Part shown: one piece after another, positions 25,251-38,910 of the stretch
Layout of the letters: every line of letters begins with the position of its first letter
Position numbering within the stretch: position 1 is the stretch's first letter
NCBI RefSeq assembly: GCF_009834535.1
Contig: NC_045711.1
Span: 41,044,001 to 41,108,000, forward strand
Length of the DNA stretch: 64,000 nucleotides
DNA from: Camelus ferus
Lineage: Eukaryota
Direction: 5' to 3'
The notes under the pieces: generated by a model
What the model was told of the DNA's origin: nothing
Database searches by the model: none
What the model saw: only the letters and a program-made list of their open reading frames with translations
Position numbers and translations under genes: made by a program

Positions 25251-28200
25251 GACTGGGGTTGGAGCCTACTCTGCTTATTGCTAGTGAGCTTCTTAGGGAG
25301 GGAGGAGAGCTTCTTAGGGCAGGCTGGCAGAGCTCAGGCTTTATCACATTTTCTCTTTCTTAGGGAAAACCAGCTATGAGAACACCTCTCCGAGAACTTA
25401 TCCTGCAGCCTGGTGCCCTCACCAGCTCTGGAAAAGGGCCCCCTATTGGGGGATCCTCGCCAACCCCACCACTGTGCAAACTGGGGTTGCAGGTGAGATT
25501 CGCCTGCCCAGCTAGCTTCTCGACTGGGCTCTTTGCCGAGGCCAAGAGCTCAGAGGAACAGAGTGCCAGGGCTTGAACGTAATTAATAACGGTAATGAAG
25601 TTTTCTACCTCGGTGACATCCATTTACAGCTATTCAGGCCAACAGAGAGATGCCCTGGGGTGGTTAGAAGAAATCCACTGAGAACCGGCACCTCTATTTA
25701 GCTGTGAGTTTTTATCACCTCCTCCCTACTTCAGTCTATCAAAGTGATAGAAGTACTATCACTTTGACTAGTGGTCTCCCTCTAATAGGGATTCACTTAT
25801 GGAGAAGTCAGCTGCAAGAATGAGAGGTAGTCAAAACTCCTCAGGGGTCAAGTTGCACCACTGGAAGGCAGGTCACTTGGGCCACCATAGTTTAGTTCCC
25901 CTTTTAGAATTGCCCTCACTGAGTTGTACTTTTGTGAAAGGTCTTGAGAGAAATGAGGATTGACTATACATTTCTCTGCATGCTGCTTTTCTCATTAGTA
26001 ATGTGGTTTAAATTCTTCCATGTCAACTGGCGTAGAAATAATTCATAAGATACTATAGTATGCATGAATCATAATTTATTCATAAATGGTCATTTATTTT
26101 TCCACTTTTTTTGCTTCTACAAACAATGCTAACATAAATATCTTTGTACTGATACTTTTATTTCAATGAGATACATTTTTAGGAGTTGGATTATTGGTTT
26201 GAAGAAAAGATATTTTTAATTTTAATAAATTTTGCCAGATCACTATCTAAAATAGCTATTAGAATTCATATTTTCTCCAGCATTATATGAGGATATCCAT
26301 TTCCCCACATCACCTCATGTAAGTCTAATTTTTTCTTTTTTTCTTTCTTTTTTTTTTTTTTTTTTGGTAAATAATTGGTCTTTTTAGCTAAAGCTTCTGA
26401 AATAGTTTTGTTTTCCTGATAGTTCAGAAATTTTATTGTTTCTTGTCAATCCTGCTTGGAACTTGGTGAGACATTTCATTATGCAAACTCAGCTCTTTCT
26501 TTACCTTAGAGAAATTTTCTTCTAATACTTGTTAATCAGTGCCTCACCTGTACCTGTTCTCTTTTCTCCTGGAACTTCTTTTATTCACATGTTAGGTTTG
26601 CTGGATTTAGCTTCCAATTCTTTTAGCTTTTCTCTCAGATTTACATTTCTTTTTATTTTTGTTTTTAAGATATTTCTCCCACTTGATTGTCCAGGCCAGT
26701 AATTCCAGTCTCAACTCTGATCATCCTCTTTCAATTCATATTACTGAAATTTTTTGTTTAAAAATTATATTTATTATTTCCAGAACATCTTTGTGTATAT
26801 GAGTTGTACTCAGATCTTCTTACATATTCATATAGTTTTTGGTTCAAATAGTCATGTGTTTCTTCCATCAGCTGTGTTTTGGTAGGGTCTACCTTTCCTA
26901 ACTATCTTAGGTTTGTCCTTTCTCTGGCTACTAGGTCCACTTAAGTACATTCCTATTTTCCTTCATGTTCATTGAGTCTCAGGACTAGCAACCCTACATG
27001 TGGTAGAGAGTGCAGTGGTCTTTGTCCCTGTGAACCAGCAGCAGGGAGCTTGTCAGTCCCTTATCTGGGCACACCAGGAAGAGGTCTTTCTGATCTTCAT
27101 TATCCTCTGCTAAAAAGGCTAGAACTCTTCAAATCCCAAGAGTTGAATGGCTTCAAGCCATGTGTTCAGGACACCCTCAGCTTTCGGGGCTAAGGAGACT
27201 AACTAGGTCACTGGCACAGGTTGATGCTGCCCTTTCTCCCTAGGGTCCATGGATCTCTGTGGGCCAAGTGCTCTCTAACTCTAGTCCCCAGTTTCTCATC
27301 TGCTCCAAAAGGAAGAAAATCTTATACCAACTCTAGATTTTGACAGAACTTGACCCAGGGACCCTTCCTACCTAGTCCCATAGAAGTGAATTTGAGTTAG
27401 GATTGGAGAAGAGTGGGGTCACTTTCAAGCTACCATCTCCCCATGGTATGGATAGATTATCTTAGCCTTGTTTATACTGTGACCTGTTCACTTGGAAGGA
27501 CCCCAAAGGGCTTCCCAGCTTTTGTACTAGGTCTCTGTAGTAAGTAGCAAGTCTTAGCCAACTTTTTACCTAAGCAAAGGTAATGAGAACTCTTTCCTTT
27601 TTTGAGTTCAGACAGTATCCTGCACCCATAATTGTACTTTGAGAACCAGAATTGACTGTCTTAGTCCACTACTTTTGTTTCTGTTTGCAGGAAGACAGCA
27701 ACAACTTATCTCCACTGGATTTTGTCAATGCTAAGAAGATAGACTCCTCTTCAGAACAGTTCAGCCATTCCTCAAAGTGGCTTGAAGCTTGTCAACATGA
27801 ATCAGATGAGCAGCCCCTAAATCTGATGCCCCAAACCAACTCTACTCCCAAAACATCTGAGGAAGCTGTAGACCCACTGGATGACAATGTGGATAAAACC
27901 ATGGTCCTTGTGCCGTCTCCAGGGGGGCAGCAGCAAGACATTATACTTGAGGCCCATTTAGATGCCGTGGCAGAGACAAACAGCTTCTCTCTAGATGGGC
28001 CCTTGAGGCCAGGAGACCTGCTGAGAAAGGAGGTGGCACCCTGCAAGGAAGACAACTTTTCAGAAATTGTTCCTGCTATGAGTGAGAAACCTATATTTCA
28101 GGATCCTCCATCTCATCTCTTAGAGTACCCACCAAATCCCTGTTCTGAGCAACAGCTACACTGCTCCAAGGAAAGCCTGAAGGACAGTAGAACTGAGGCT

Positions 28201-31200
28201 GTACCTGAGGACGTAGTCCCTTCTGAAAGTAATGCTTTCTTGCCTTCTATGCTCTGGCTTTCCCCTTCAACTGCCTTAGCAACAGATTTTCCTGTCAGTC
28301 TTGTGGACCCAGAGGAGGAATTTGTAGAGCACAGAGCTGTAGAGGAGAGAGAAATGAGCTTTCCCACACTCCCCGAGGAGGCTGAATTGGGAGATCAAGC
28401 ACCTATCTCAAATATGGAAGATATTCCATCCACATGCCTGACCCCAAATCCAGGAGAAATGGAATCTCAGGCAGCTTCAGGGCCTGCCATGGAAGATGCT
28501 GGTAGGATTCCCATCTCTGATACAGGGCCTTGGATGTCCCCCCTGGCCTGGCTGGAAAAGGGTGTAAATACCTCTGTCATGCTGGAAAATCTCCGCCAGA
28601 GCTTATCGCTTCCCTCTGCATTTCGGGATGCTGCGATTGGTACTACCCCTTTCTCTGCTTGCTCAGTGGGGACTTGGTTTACTCCCCCAACACAACAGGA
28701 AAAGAGTACAAACACATCCCAGACAGGCTTGGTGGGCACCAAGGACAGTACTTCTGAGACAGAGCACCTCCTGTGGGGGTAAGTGTCCCTGTATCTTTGT
28801 GCTCCAGGGCTTCATTCACCTTGACCTGCCTCTCCCATCCCTTTCCTTTCTTCTTCTCATGTTCTTCTCTTCCTGCTGCAGCCGTCCTCCGGATCTGACT
28901 GCCCTGTCTCGACATGACCTGGAAGATAACCTGCTGAACTCTCTTATCATTCTGGAGATTCTCTCCTGCCAGCTGCGGGACTGGAAGAGCCAGCTGACTA
29001 GCCCTTGCCCAGAAGTTCAGGACAGCAGCGCACAGACTGACACCCCTCCCAGTGGGGTAAGAAGTTTCCTCCCAAAGTGTGGAGGATCCCAGTGAACCCT
29101 CTTAGAATATATATTAAAGTTAAGGGTCTGGAAAATCCCTTAGAGCTGTGGGTACTCACTGTACCCCTGGGGTACATCAAAACTTTCCAAGGAATGCAAG
29201 CAAGGAAAGTTTTAGAGGAATCAGTTTCTAGATCTTTGTCTTCCAAATGCACTCTTTACTAATTTTCTTCTTTCCTACTTCCCTTTTCTCAGTTGCCCTT
29301 GCCCACTTTACTGAGTTTACTAAAAAAGGAGCATATTTCTACCTGTCCTGAATCTTACGTTGTGAAGGGATAGCATTCAAAGGACAAGAGAAAATATTTG
29401 TACACATGCTGAGAAAGCAATTGACTGCAATGATTTTGTAACATGGCATTTTTGCATGCTTTCAACAAAATTGAAGGAGTTGACTTTAATTATGTCAGTG
29501 GATCATTAAAATTTTTTGATGGAGTTCACTACAAGATTTTTGGCATATATCTCCAAAGGAGCACCTAGAATTGGGTGGCATGCCTTCTTTCATTCCTACT
29601 TATTACCATTATTTATGTGAAGAAGTTTTCTCACAAAATTTTACATCTATAAAAATGGACAATAGGCATAGAATTGTTGCTGAACCATGTCTTACTGTAG
29701 GAATTATAGTAATCCACAGACACATGAACTAGTAAGTGGAGGGAAGCTCCATCCATTTCATTAATAGGTGATTCCCAATAAAATTTTACTGAGTATTTTT
29801 ATGATTTTATTAAAAATTATATTATTACAGTGATTAGTATACAACTGATGGAAATATTTCTTCATTCAAAAGAAAATTTTTTACTTAATGTCTTATGGTC
29901 AGGGAAACTTAAAAAGAATTTTAATTTAAATTTAGATGAACTTTTAAAAATTTCTATTCTTTTTTTTCTGATTTTTTTATTGAAGTATAGTTGATGTACA
30001 ATGTTATATAAGCTACAGATGTACAGAACAGTGATTTATAATTTTTAAAGGTTATAGTCCATTTATAGTTATTATAAAATATTGGCTGTATTCTCCGTGT
30101 TGTACAATATATCCTTGTTGTAGAGATATTAATTAATAATAGACTTTAAAATGTAAAAATATATTACATTAGGCTAAAATTCTGAGAGGATTAAAATTAG
30201 AGGTTCAAAGGGAAACGGGGACGGTATAAAATTTCTGACTGTTAAAGAAGAGCTTGTTCATGTAATTTTTAAAGGTATCAAATAGTCTTCAGTCATTATG
30301 GTATATGTCATATTTATACCATTGGGTATATTTATACCATTGTGTATATTTATGAGTGATTTAACAGTTCTATTTCAAACTATCAATATTTATAATATGG
30401 TGGAAATTATGGCCTTTGTAACAATTTAAACTTAAGGATACTCACTCTTTCAAAATTACTGTAGGAGATATGAGAGGGAACCAGTTTAAAGACTTTTTCT
30501 AGAGGACTCTAGCTTTGATGACACAGGCCAAGGAAGTAAGGGAACGTGTCAGGAAGGAATTGAGAGCCTGAGTGTTCTGGCTGTTGAGGTAATAGGTGGC
30601 TGCTACTAAGAAGAGATGGTCTCCCAAAACCCAAGACCTCCTTTGGATTGAAAATATCCTCAAAATAATGACTTTACCTTTTGCCAAAATCCTGGAAGCC
30701 ATAGGCTCATCATTCTTCTGGCTGCTCAGTTTCTTTCCTGTGTTATCTTATTTTTGTATCCTTTCCTCTTGTCCTTGACTTTTTCACCATCCCTGTGTTG
30801 GCCTTATATCCTCTTTCCTTGAAGCTTGCCAAATCCTTTTGGAGACCACTGAAGCAGAACCAAAGAGAGGAAATGACAGAACCTTCAGCCATTCCCCATC
30901 ACAGAGCCAGGTCCTTGCTGCTTGGCTGCCTCATTCACACTAATCTCATCACCTGCCTGACTGCCCAGCTCTGAGCAGTATGTGTGCCCTGTCCAGGGCT
31001 CAGGGGGCACTCTTTGCACAACACAGCAGGAACTGATGACTGCTTTGCTGAGGAAAGGAGCAGTGAACTCCAAGAGATCTGCCCCCTTAAATCCAGACTG
31101 CCGCAACATCATGACTCAGCACTGCTGCTCCAGCGCTAGGCTTTTTCATAGATGATGGCTGCCTTGCAGCAGTAAGAAAAGCTTCCCACTTTTCTCTCAG

Positions 31201-34200
31201 AACTTCAGAGTCTTTCTGTGGTTCTGCAGCCTTTTAGATTATACTTATCTATGCTACATATCACACTAAGCTTTCATCTGACCCAAGATAATGAACAGAC
31301 TGTTAGAGAGTAAAGTAATAAAAATGAGTAAGAAATGTTAGAGAACGTTACCATTATTGGTAACCAGAGAAATGCAAATTGCAACAATAAGATGCTATTT
31401 TCTTCTGACAAAATAGGAAAGAATGAAATAGATAATGGTGATAAGCATTGTCCTATTGTCAGTAGGGTATAAATTGGTTCAATCTTTTTTGAAGGCATTA
31501 TAGGACCCTTAAAGCAGTCCAGACTTTTTGACCCAGTAACTCCACTTCTAGGGATGTATCCTAAGGGAAAAAAAATTCTGTATAAAGATAACTTTTTTTA
31601 AATAATGAAAAAAAAAATGGTGCACCCATAAGATGGGATATTCTACAGTCATTTAAAAGTAGATTTATGAAGAGTTTTTAAAAAGATGGAAAAACAAGTT
31701 TAATGTAAGTTCATGATTTTTAAAGAAAGGAAATCCGAATTCACATAATCGCTGGGAGGCTTTGGTGTAAGGTAAAATATAAGCAGAAGTTAAAAATGGG
31801 TGGTTCTCCACTTTGATAGTTCCCCCTAAAGCACATGGCTGCTCCAATAAGGAGAGTGAATATAAACTCAGGGCTAAATAACATTAGTATAATAAAATTG
31901 AGTAATAAAAGCAGGACCTCAAATTTATTTATATATTATAATCTCAATTATGGTTTTTCTTAAGCATTACTCTTTCATCAAATCTAAGACATTATCACTA
32001 TTAAGATGCATACTCATTTAAAATATAAAAAGATAATCATCTTAGAATTTACTGAATATGGTCATTTCTTTCTAAATCAGTAGTCTACAACTTTTTTTTC
32101 CCCCGACTCTTGAGTAAAGTAACATACTCATCAATTAATAGCAAATCCCAATAGCAAGGAAATCTGGTGTGGAAGTGTATTAAAATATTTTAGGGTGGGT
32201 GCTATAATGTTGGTTAAAAACTACTGCTTCTAGGTGGTGAAATTATTAATGATTTCTTTTTCTATTTTATTCACTTTTCTATTTGTAAAACTTTAAAATA
32301 AGTATGCATTATCCTTATAATCAGAAAAAAAATGTTGCTTTAAAAAGGAATTTTTTTTACCTATCTCTGGATTTTTTTTCTGACTTGGCTTCTGTGTCTC
32401 AGTGAGTGGGAGGGGGAGTGAGCTGCTGGTAGTGCATGTAGCCTATGCAAAAGGAACAATTCTCTTTCTCCGGCTAGGTGAGTAAGAAACCCCAGCATCT
32501 TCAGGAGCGCCAGGAGATTGGACAGGCTCTGCAACAGGCCAGGAGTGTCATGGTAAGTGTTGATTGACCTTATACCATTGCTAGGTCTCCTGGGAAGATC
32601 AAGAATGGAGACTCGAGGGTGGTTAGCAGATGGTGGTACTCAGCTGTGGCAGTTGGGAGAAGCAGAAGTGAGATTTCCTTTTGTTAAGAACATCTCTTCC
32701 TTATTGGAAGCTTGAAGTTGGGGTGCATGGCTTTCCTCCCCAGGGTCCCTACTTACTTCCGGCTTAATGACTTTATCTGATCTAGCCCAACCATCTTTCC
32801 CTCTACAGCAGTCATGTGTGCTGGTCTCTAAAGAGCTGATATCCTTGCTTCACCTATCTCTGTTACACTTAGATGAAGATAGAACTACTCTGAGTCAGGA
32901 GGTAAGCAGCATGATGAAGAAAGAGGCCTCTGTTGGGACTGAAGTTCAGCCAAATAAAGGAACCAGACACAGCATCTGATTCTTATCTTGTAGTCTCTGC
33001 ATGCAGAAACCTTGGTCTCCTGCTGTTTTGATGTGTTGAAGAAGTTGAGGGCAAGGCTCCAGAGTCTCCAAGCAGAAAGGGAGGAGGCAAAGTGCAGGGA
33101 GGAAATGGCTCTCAGAGGCAAGGATGCGGTAAGATGTCAGTCTTTCATTCCTAGATGTGAGAGGTTTCTTCCCAAGGGTTCCTATGGGAATACAAATTGA
33201 CTTGAGACATAGATGGGTGGCTGAAGAACTGCCTGCCCTGGGGAATAATGACCTAAACTCCCGATGTGATGGATAGTTGTGTCTTTTTGTGTTGTTTCCT
33301 TCCTCTGCCAAGGATGTCCTCACAACCTCTTCTCTAAACAGGCAGAGACAGTGTTAGAGGCTTTCTGTGCACACGCCAGCCAGCGCATCAGCCATTTGGA
33401 ACAGGACCTGGCATCCATGGGGGAATTCAGAGGCCTTTTGAAGGAGACCCAGACCCAACTGGTAACTGAGAGCATTTTCCCTCCTGAGATACATGCTGAT
33501 ACATGGGGAGGATGGTCACATACCCCCTCTTCCCTGTATCCAGCGGGAAGGGCCCCTCCATCAGCAATCCTTCTTGTGTAGGTGGGGCTTCATACTGAGC
33601 AAGAAGAATTGGCTCAGCAGACAGTGAGTCTTACTTCAGCCTTGCAACAGGACTGGGTGTCCATGCAACTGGATGTGAGTATTTGGGGCCATTATACTAC
33701 TCCTGAAATCATAGCCAGTCCCGTTAGGAGCCTGTCTCAAGTGTGCTTTACTGACCTATTTGCTTTCCCTATTAGTATGTAACATGGACAGCTTTGCTGA
33801 GCCGGGTTCAACAACTCACAGAGAAATTCACAGCCAAGAGCCGGCAGATCCTGCAGGAACGTGATGCTGCAATTGAGGGAAAGCAGCAGGTACAAACCAG
33901 AAGTGGATACTGCTTAGGCCTGGTTTCCTCCTTGTCTTCAGAAGGCCTTTCTGATGCGTGGTATCATTAGCCTCTTCCCCTGGACCTGTCTTCTTTCCAC
34001 CTGTGTTTTTTGAGACCATCTAGTCCCTTTGCTGTAACACAGCCTTGGACCCAGTTGTTTCCTTTGCCCTTCAGCACCTTTTCAGCTACTTTCCTCCTGT
34101 TTCTACCTTTTCCTGAGGATCAGCCTTATTTGCTGCAGTGTTGTTACCCCAGAACAAGGTGGTTTACTGTCCTGTTCAGAAAGAGAATCTGGACTAAGTC

Positions 34201-37200
34201 TTGGGACTCTTGATTCAAGAAGAAATGTGGGAGGAAAATGTCTTTTTTCTCTAGGTTTCCAGAGAGCTAGAACAAGTCTCTTCACGTTTAAAAGACTGCA
34301 AAGGCCAAATAGAACAACTAGAGTTGGAAAACAGTCGCCTGGCAACAGGTGTGTGTGTGTGTGTGCATGTGTGCATGTATGCAAGCATGTATACCTTGAT
34401 AAGACTGAGGTTTGGCAGTAGAGCAAGAAGGTGCTCTAGAGCACTTGTTTTGGAGCAGAAGTGTGGGGAGGTTTGGGCCTGGTGACCACGTGGTGTCATT
34501 AGGATGCTTTTGGTCTAGATCTCCAGGCTCAGCTGCAGATTCTGGCCAGCATGGAGAATCAGCTAAAAGACCTACAGAGTCAGCATGCCCTTTGTACCCA
34601 GGACCTGGCCATGAAGGATGAGTTGCTCTGCCAGCTTACCCAGAGCAGTGAGGAGCGGGCTGCTCAGTGAGTTCCTCTCAGGTTATTGTGGCAGTAGGCG
34701 CCCAGGATGTAGGACCAGTGGGATCTAACACGACGTTTCTGGCAGATGGCAAAAGGAAGAGATGGCCCTAAAACACATGCAGGCAGAGCTGCAGCAACAA
34801 CAGGCTGTCCTGGCCAAGGAAGCGCAGGACCTGAAGGAGACCCTGGAGGTAAGGAAGATGGCTTGCAGCAAGGGATCTGGCAGGAGTGTGACTCTTTTCT
34901 GATGGTATTGAAGTGAAGTTTGAGACTGTGGACTGGAAAACATTCTGTTCCCAAGACTCTAAAATCTTCCCACTTAGACGCATCCCACCCCCCACTCCCC
35001 ATCCTCCTTCCTTCTCCTGTCTCCCCAGTTTGCAGAACAAGAGAATCAGGTTGCTCACCTGGAGCTGGGCCAAGTTGAGTGTCAGTTGAAAAGCACTTTG
35101 GAAGTGCTTCGGGAGCGCAGCCTGCAGTGTGAGGACCTCAAGGACACTGTGGAGAACCTAAAGTAAGATCTCTACCTTTCTGTGCTTCCCCCTTAGTGCT
35201 TATTTTTCTGAGGGCCACTTCTAGAAGCTAAAGTCTTCAAGAAGGGAATTGTGAAAGGGTCCGAGAGCCTCTTGTTTCCTTCTTTGAATGTAACTCTGAG
35301 TTGGGATTTGGAGAGATGTACAGAGAAGGTCATCTGGTCTTTGGCTGTCTTTTCTGTTCCTTCCTTATCTCAGGGCTAAACTGGCCAGCACCATAGTAGA
35401 GAAGCAGCAGCAGGACCTGAAGAAGACACACCAGTATTCCCAAGAGCTGGGGGTGCTGACTAAGCAACTGCATAGTCTGATTCTCTTCCTACAGACAAAA
35501 CTAAAGGAGGAGGTAGGATCTGGGGCTTCCATCTCTTCCCTTCCAGTTGTATCTTTGAATAAAGACGGTTTTATCTCTTCCTTCCCAGTCTATATACCTT
35601 TTATTTCCTTTTCTCGTCTTACTGCATTAGCTAGAACTTTCCCTACAATGTTGAAAAGGATAGAATCCAATTGAGAGAGACAGACTGAAGGGTCATCCAT
35701 GTAGAAGTGGATGTTTTTATGAAGCTCCCGAGGTGGGACCACTTGAGGTATGGATTAGTGTAAAAGGGGCTAAGGATGAACCAAAAGGAATTAAAGAAAG
35801 ACCTGTGGCTAGAGAGAAGAAATAACCAGAAAGATATGAGTCCTACCTCTGGAGAGAGAGCCATGTCCCAGATGCTAAGAAAATGAAGTTTCTAAAACAA
35901 CATGGTCATCGGTCATCAAATAGGTCAGGTAAAATAAGAGCTGAAAAGTGTCCATTGCATTTGAAAGTAAGGGTGCCATTAGTTTACCAAATAATGAAAA
36001 CTTTGGTGGAATGATGGAGCAGAAACCTGAGTGTAGTGGGCCAGGGAATCAATAGATGGTGAGAATTTTAGGCAAGAAATGTAGGGTTTTTTTCTTTGTT
36101 TGTTTGTTTGTTTTTTTTTTTTTTAAATTGAAGAGAAAGAGAAGCTAAAAGGGTATTTAAGGTAAGAAGAAGGTTTTTTTTTTTTTTTTTTAATTGCTGT
36201 TTTAGTGGAAGAGAATTAAGTTCAGGGAAAGGAGCTAATGGAGATGTTGAGGATAGAGAAGAGGTAATAGAGCAGCATTCTAGACGAGATGGCTGGTGAG
36301 TACCTGGAAGTTCAGGGAAATCACTAACCCTGAAAAGAAGCTGACCTTTTTTTCTTCTTTGCCCTTAGGCTGAACCAGAGACCCTCCCGATAAGCATAGC
36401 CTGTACTCCTTCCCAGGAACACCCTCTGCTCACCGACAGTGCCTTCCTGGGCAGCATCTTGACAGCAGTGGCAGATGAAGGTTAAAGGCCCTGGAATTGA
36501 GGGGTGGGAAAGTTGTGACCCTGCTCCTGATATCTGCAGTTGTTGAAGATGCCCACCAACAGACCTATGTCTCCCTGGTTTCTGTTATGATGGATCCTTT
36601 ACTGGGTTATCAGAGGAGCCCTCAATCATGGTTGGTTTTTGTTTTAGAGCCAGAATCAGCTCCTGCACCCTTGCTTGGAAGTGACAAGAGTGCTTTCACC
36701 AGAGTAGCATCAACGGTTTCCCTTCAGCCTACAGGTTAGGATGGGCTCCAGGGATCCTGCCTCATTTCTAGATCTGGTAGTGATGATAAAGACTAAAGCA
36801 GTGAGAGGCGCTTTGCTCTAAAAACCTCAATTCTACCTGGGCTCATTTCATTCCTGCCTTTTGGGATCTGTAATATTCTGGACGGTCAAATCTGGTGGGT
36901 GGGGAACATGGATAAGAGTTGTGGAAGTGATGGCTACATACTCCTTCCTTTTAGAGCTAAAGGGCTCTACCTCTATCTAGTACTTTCTCTTTTAGAAACC
37001 CCAGGCATTGAGAAGAGCCTGGAAGAAATGAGTACTAAGACTCTGGAGCTCCAGAGCCTGTGTTCCCTGCTGCAAGAGTCCAGAGAAGAAGCTGTCAGGA
37101 CTCTGCAGCGGAAGATGTGAGTGGAGGGCAGTCTTGTGAGGGGGGCGGGTCAGGTGAGCAGCCCCTTATGTCAAGGGCCCAGCCAGCCCTCAGGGGCAGA

Positions 37201-38801
37201 GGAATAATGCTAAATTCTTCCCTCCCCTAGTTGTGATCTGCAGGCTCGGCTGCAGGCCCAGGAAGAACAGCATCAGGAAGCCCAGAAGGCAAAGGAGGCG
37301 GACATAGAGAAGCTGAACCAGGCCTTGTGCTTGCGCTACAAGGTGAAGGAGGGGCCTGGAAGTGAGGCGATGAAGAACTGGGGCAGCTATGCAGGCCCAC
37401 TGGGAGCCGTTGTCTCTCCAGGAATCTGGGTGGTGGGGATTTTCCAACCATTGCCCTAGTTTTGTTCTTTCTGGGGTCAGACATTTCACATGTTAGGGAA
37501 TCAGCTACAGGCTGATCCATCTCCCCGGCTGACCTAGAAGTCAGGAACTCCCGCAGAACTCTCAACACTGAAATGTGCCAGGCCTGACATAGCCCTAGCG
37601 GAAGAACTGGGTGTCATCAAGTGGTATCCCTTGGGCAGAGCATTGGTCAGACACTAAATCCTGTCTTCTGGCAAGGGCTGCAAAGAAACCAGCTTTCCTG
37701 CTGCCTTCTTACCTCCCTTTCCCTCACAGAATGAAAAGGAGCTCCAGGAAGTGATACAGCAGCAGAACGAGAAGATCCTAGAGCAGATAGACAAGAGTGG
37801 CGAGCTCATAGTATGTGCATCATGATGCCTGGCATTTGCCTTCTATGTCACTAGTAGCCAGAATCCCAGATGTGGGAATTGGGTCCTCTGGTCTACCCTT
37901 ATTCAGCACATGGGATAAGGATAGAGAGGACCTCTGAGGGCTGCTGGATACCTCTCCATTCTCATCCCCAGAGCCTTAGAGAAGAGGTGACCCAGCTCAC
38001 CCGCTCACTTCGGCGTGCTGAGACAGAGACTAAGGTGCTTCAAGAGACACTGGCAGGCCAGCTGAACCCTGACTGTCAGCCCATGGCGACTAACTGGATC
38101 CAGGAGAAAGTGTGGCTCTCCCAGGAGGTGACTCAGAGTTAACAGAAGAGCTGGGCAGCTAGAGGGAACCCCACGCTATGCCCCTACTGATCTGGACATA
38201 TCTATAGGTGGACAAGCTGAGGGTAATGTTCCTGGAGATGAAAAATGAGAAGGCAAAACTGATGGTCAAGTTCCAGAGCCATGTAAGAATTTCCATGCCA
38301 TTCCAGGGCCATTTCCCGTCACCACTAGCAAGTGCCCTGCCATATTTTCCTTCCCCCACAAGCTATGTTCTTTTAAGCATAGCACTTACGCACCCTATTT
38401 GCTTCTTAGAGAAACATCCTGGAAGAGAATCTGCGGCGCTCTGACAAAGAGTTAAAGAAACTAGATGACATTGTTCAGCATATTTATGAGGTAAAGGGGA
38501 GGGAAGGAGTTGATGCAACTAAGGCACTTGGTATAGGCCTGGCCCCAGAGGTACTGATGAGCATAGCTCTGGTTCCCAGCCTGTGCTGACAGCTGGCCCT
38601 GACTCACTGTTGCAGGCTTCTCTGTGGCTTCCATTTTCTCCCCTCTAACTCAGTGGGTGCTTCTAAGGGCTGGGAGCCTTGGGCCTTCGGCCTGTGACCC
38701 TGAGCTGCCTTTTCTGTATCTCTCCCCAGACTCTGCTGTCCATCCCAGAGGTCGTGAGGGGTTGCAAGGAGCTACAGGGATTGCTGGAATTTCTGAGCTA
38801 A
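25044..38801 (+). CDS. SPAG5: Sperm-associated antigen 5 (astrin), mitotic spindle/kinetochore coiled-coil protein, 1195 aa
   Basis: 24 exons: 25044-25094, 25364-25492, 27691-28778, 28882-29056, 32478-32552, 32809-32901, 32994-33128, 33342-33461, 33582-33674, 33776-33889, 34255-34348, 34519-34666, 34746-34848, 35029-35162, 35374-35512, 36369-36480, 36648-36734, 36996-37116, 37231-37342, 37730-37810, 37972-38127, 38208-38282, 38410-38490, 38730-38801; total 3588 nt in frame. Starts MWRVKKLNLSLSPSPQ and ends ELQGLLEFLS, as in astrin. Confidence 0.95.
29290..30480. mobile_element. Decayed hAT/Charlie DNA transposon with an L1 3' fragment (about 29960-30120) inserted
   Basis: About 29588-29695 translates as FIPTYYHYLCEEVFSQNFTSIKMDNRHRIVAEPCL, resembling the hAT dimerization motif (TYLCE..FS...K...RNRL). 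The surrounding sequence is AT-rich and stop-riddled. Confidence 0.6.
34349..34392 (+). repeat. (GT)n/(GCAT)-type repeat beginning at the SPAG5 exon 11 donor
   Basis: CAG|gtgtgtgtgtgtgtgcatgtgtgcatgtatgcaagcatg. Confidence 0.8.
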
Positions 38802-38904
38802 GAAACTGAAGGCTGGAATCTGTGTCACCGATTTTACCTGCAGTACTCCTTTACCCCAACACCAGACCAATTGGCATAGAGCCAGCTATGTTTAATGCTA
38901 TTTA

Positions 38905-38910
38905 AATAAA
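38905..38910 (+). terminator. SPAG5 poly(A) signal
   Basis: AATAAA about 100 nt after the stop, followed by U/GU-rich sequence. Confidence 0.8.

Noticed and set aside
27792-28742. Several minus-strand ORFs opposite SPAG5 exon 3
   Set aside because: Antisense shadows of a long coding exon.
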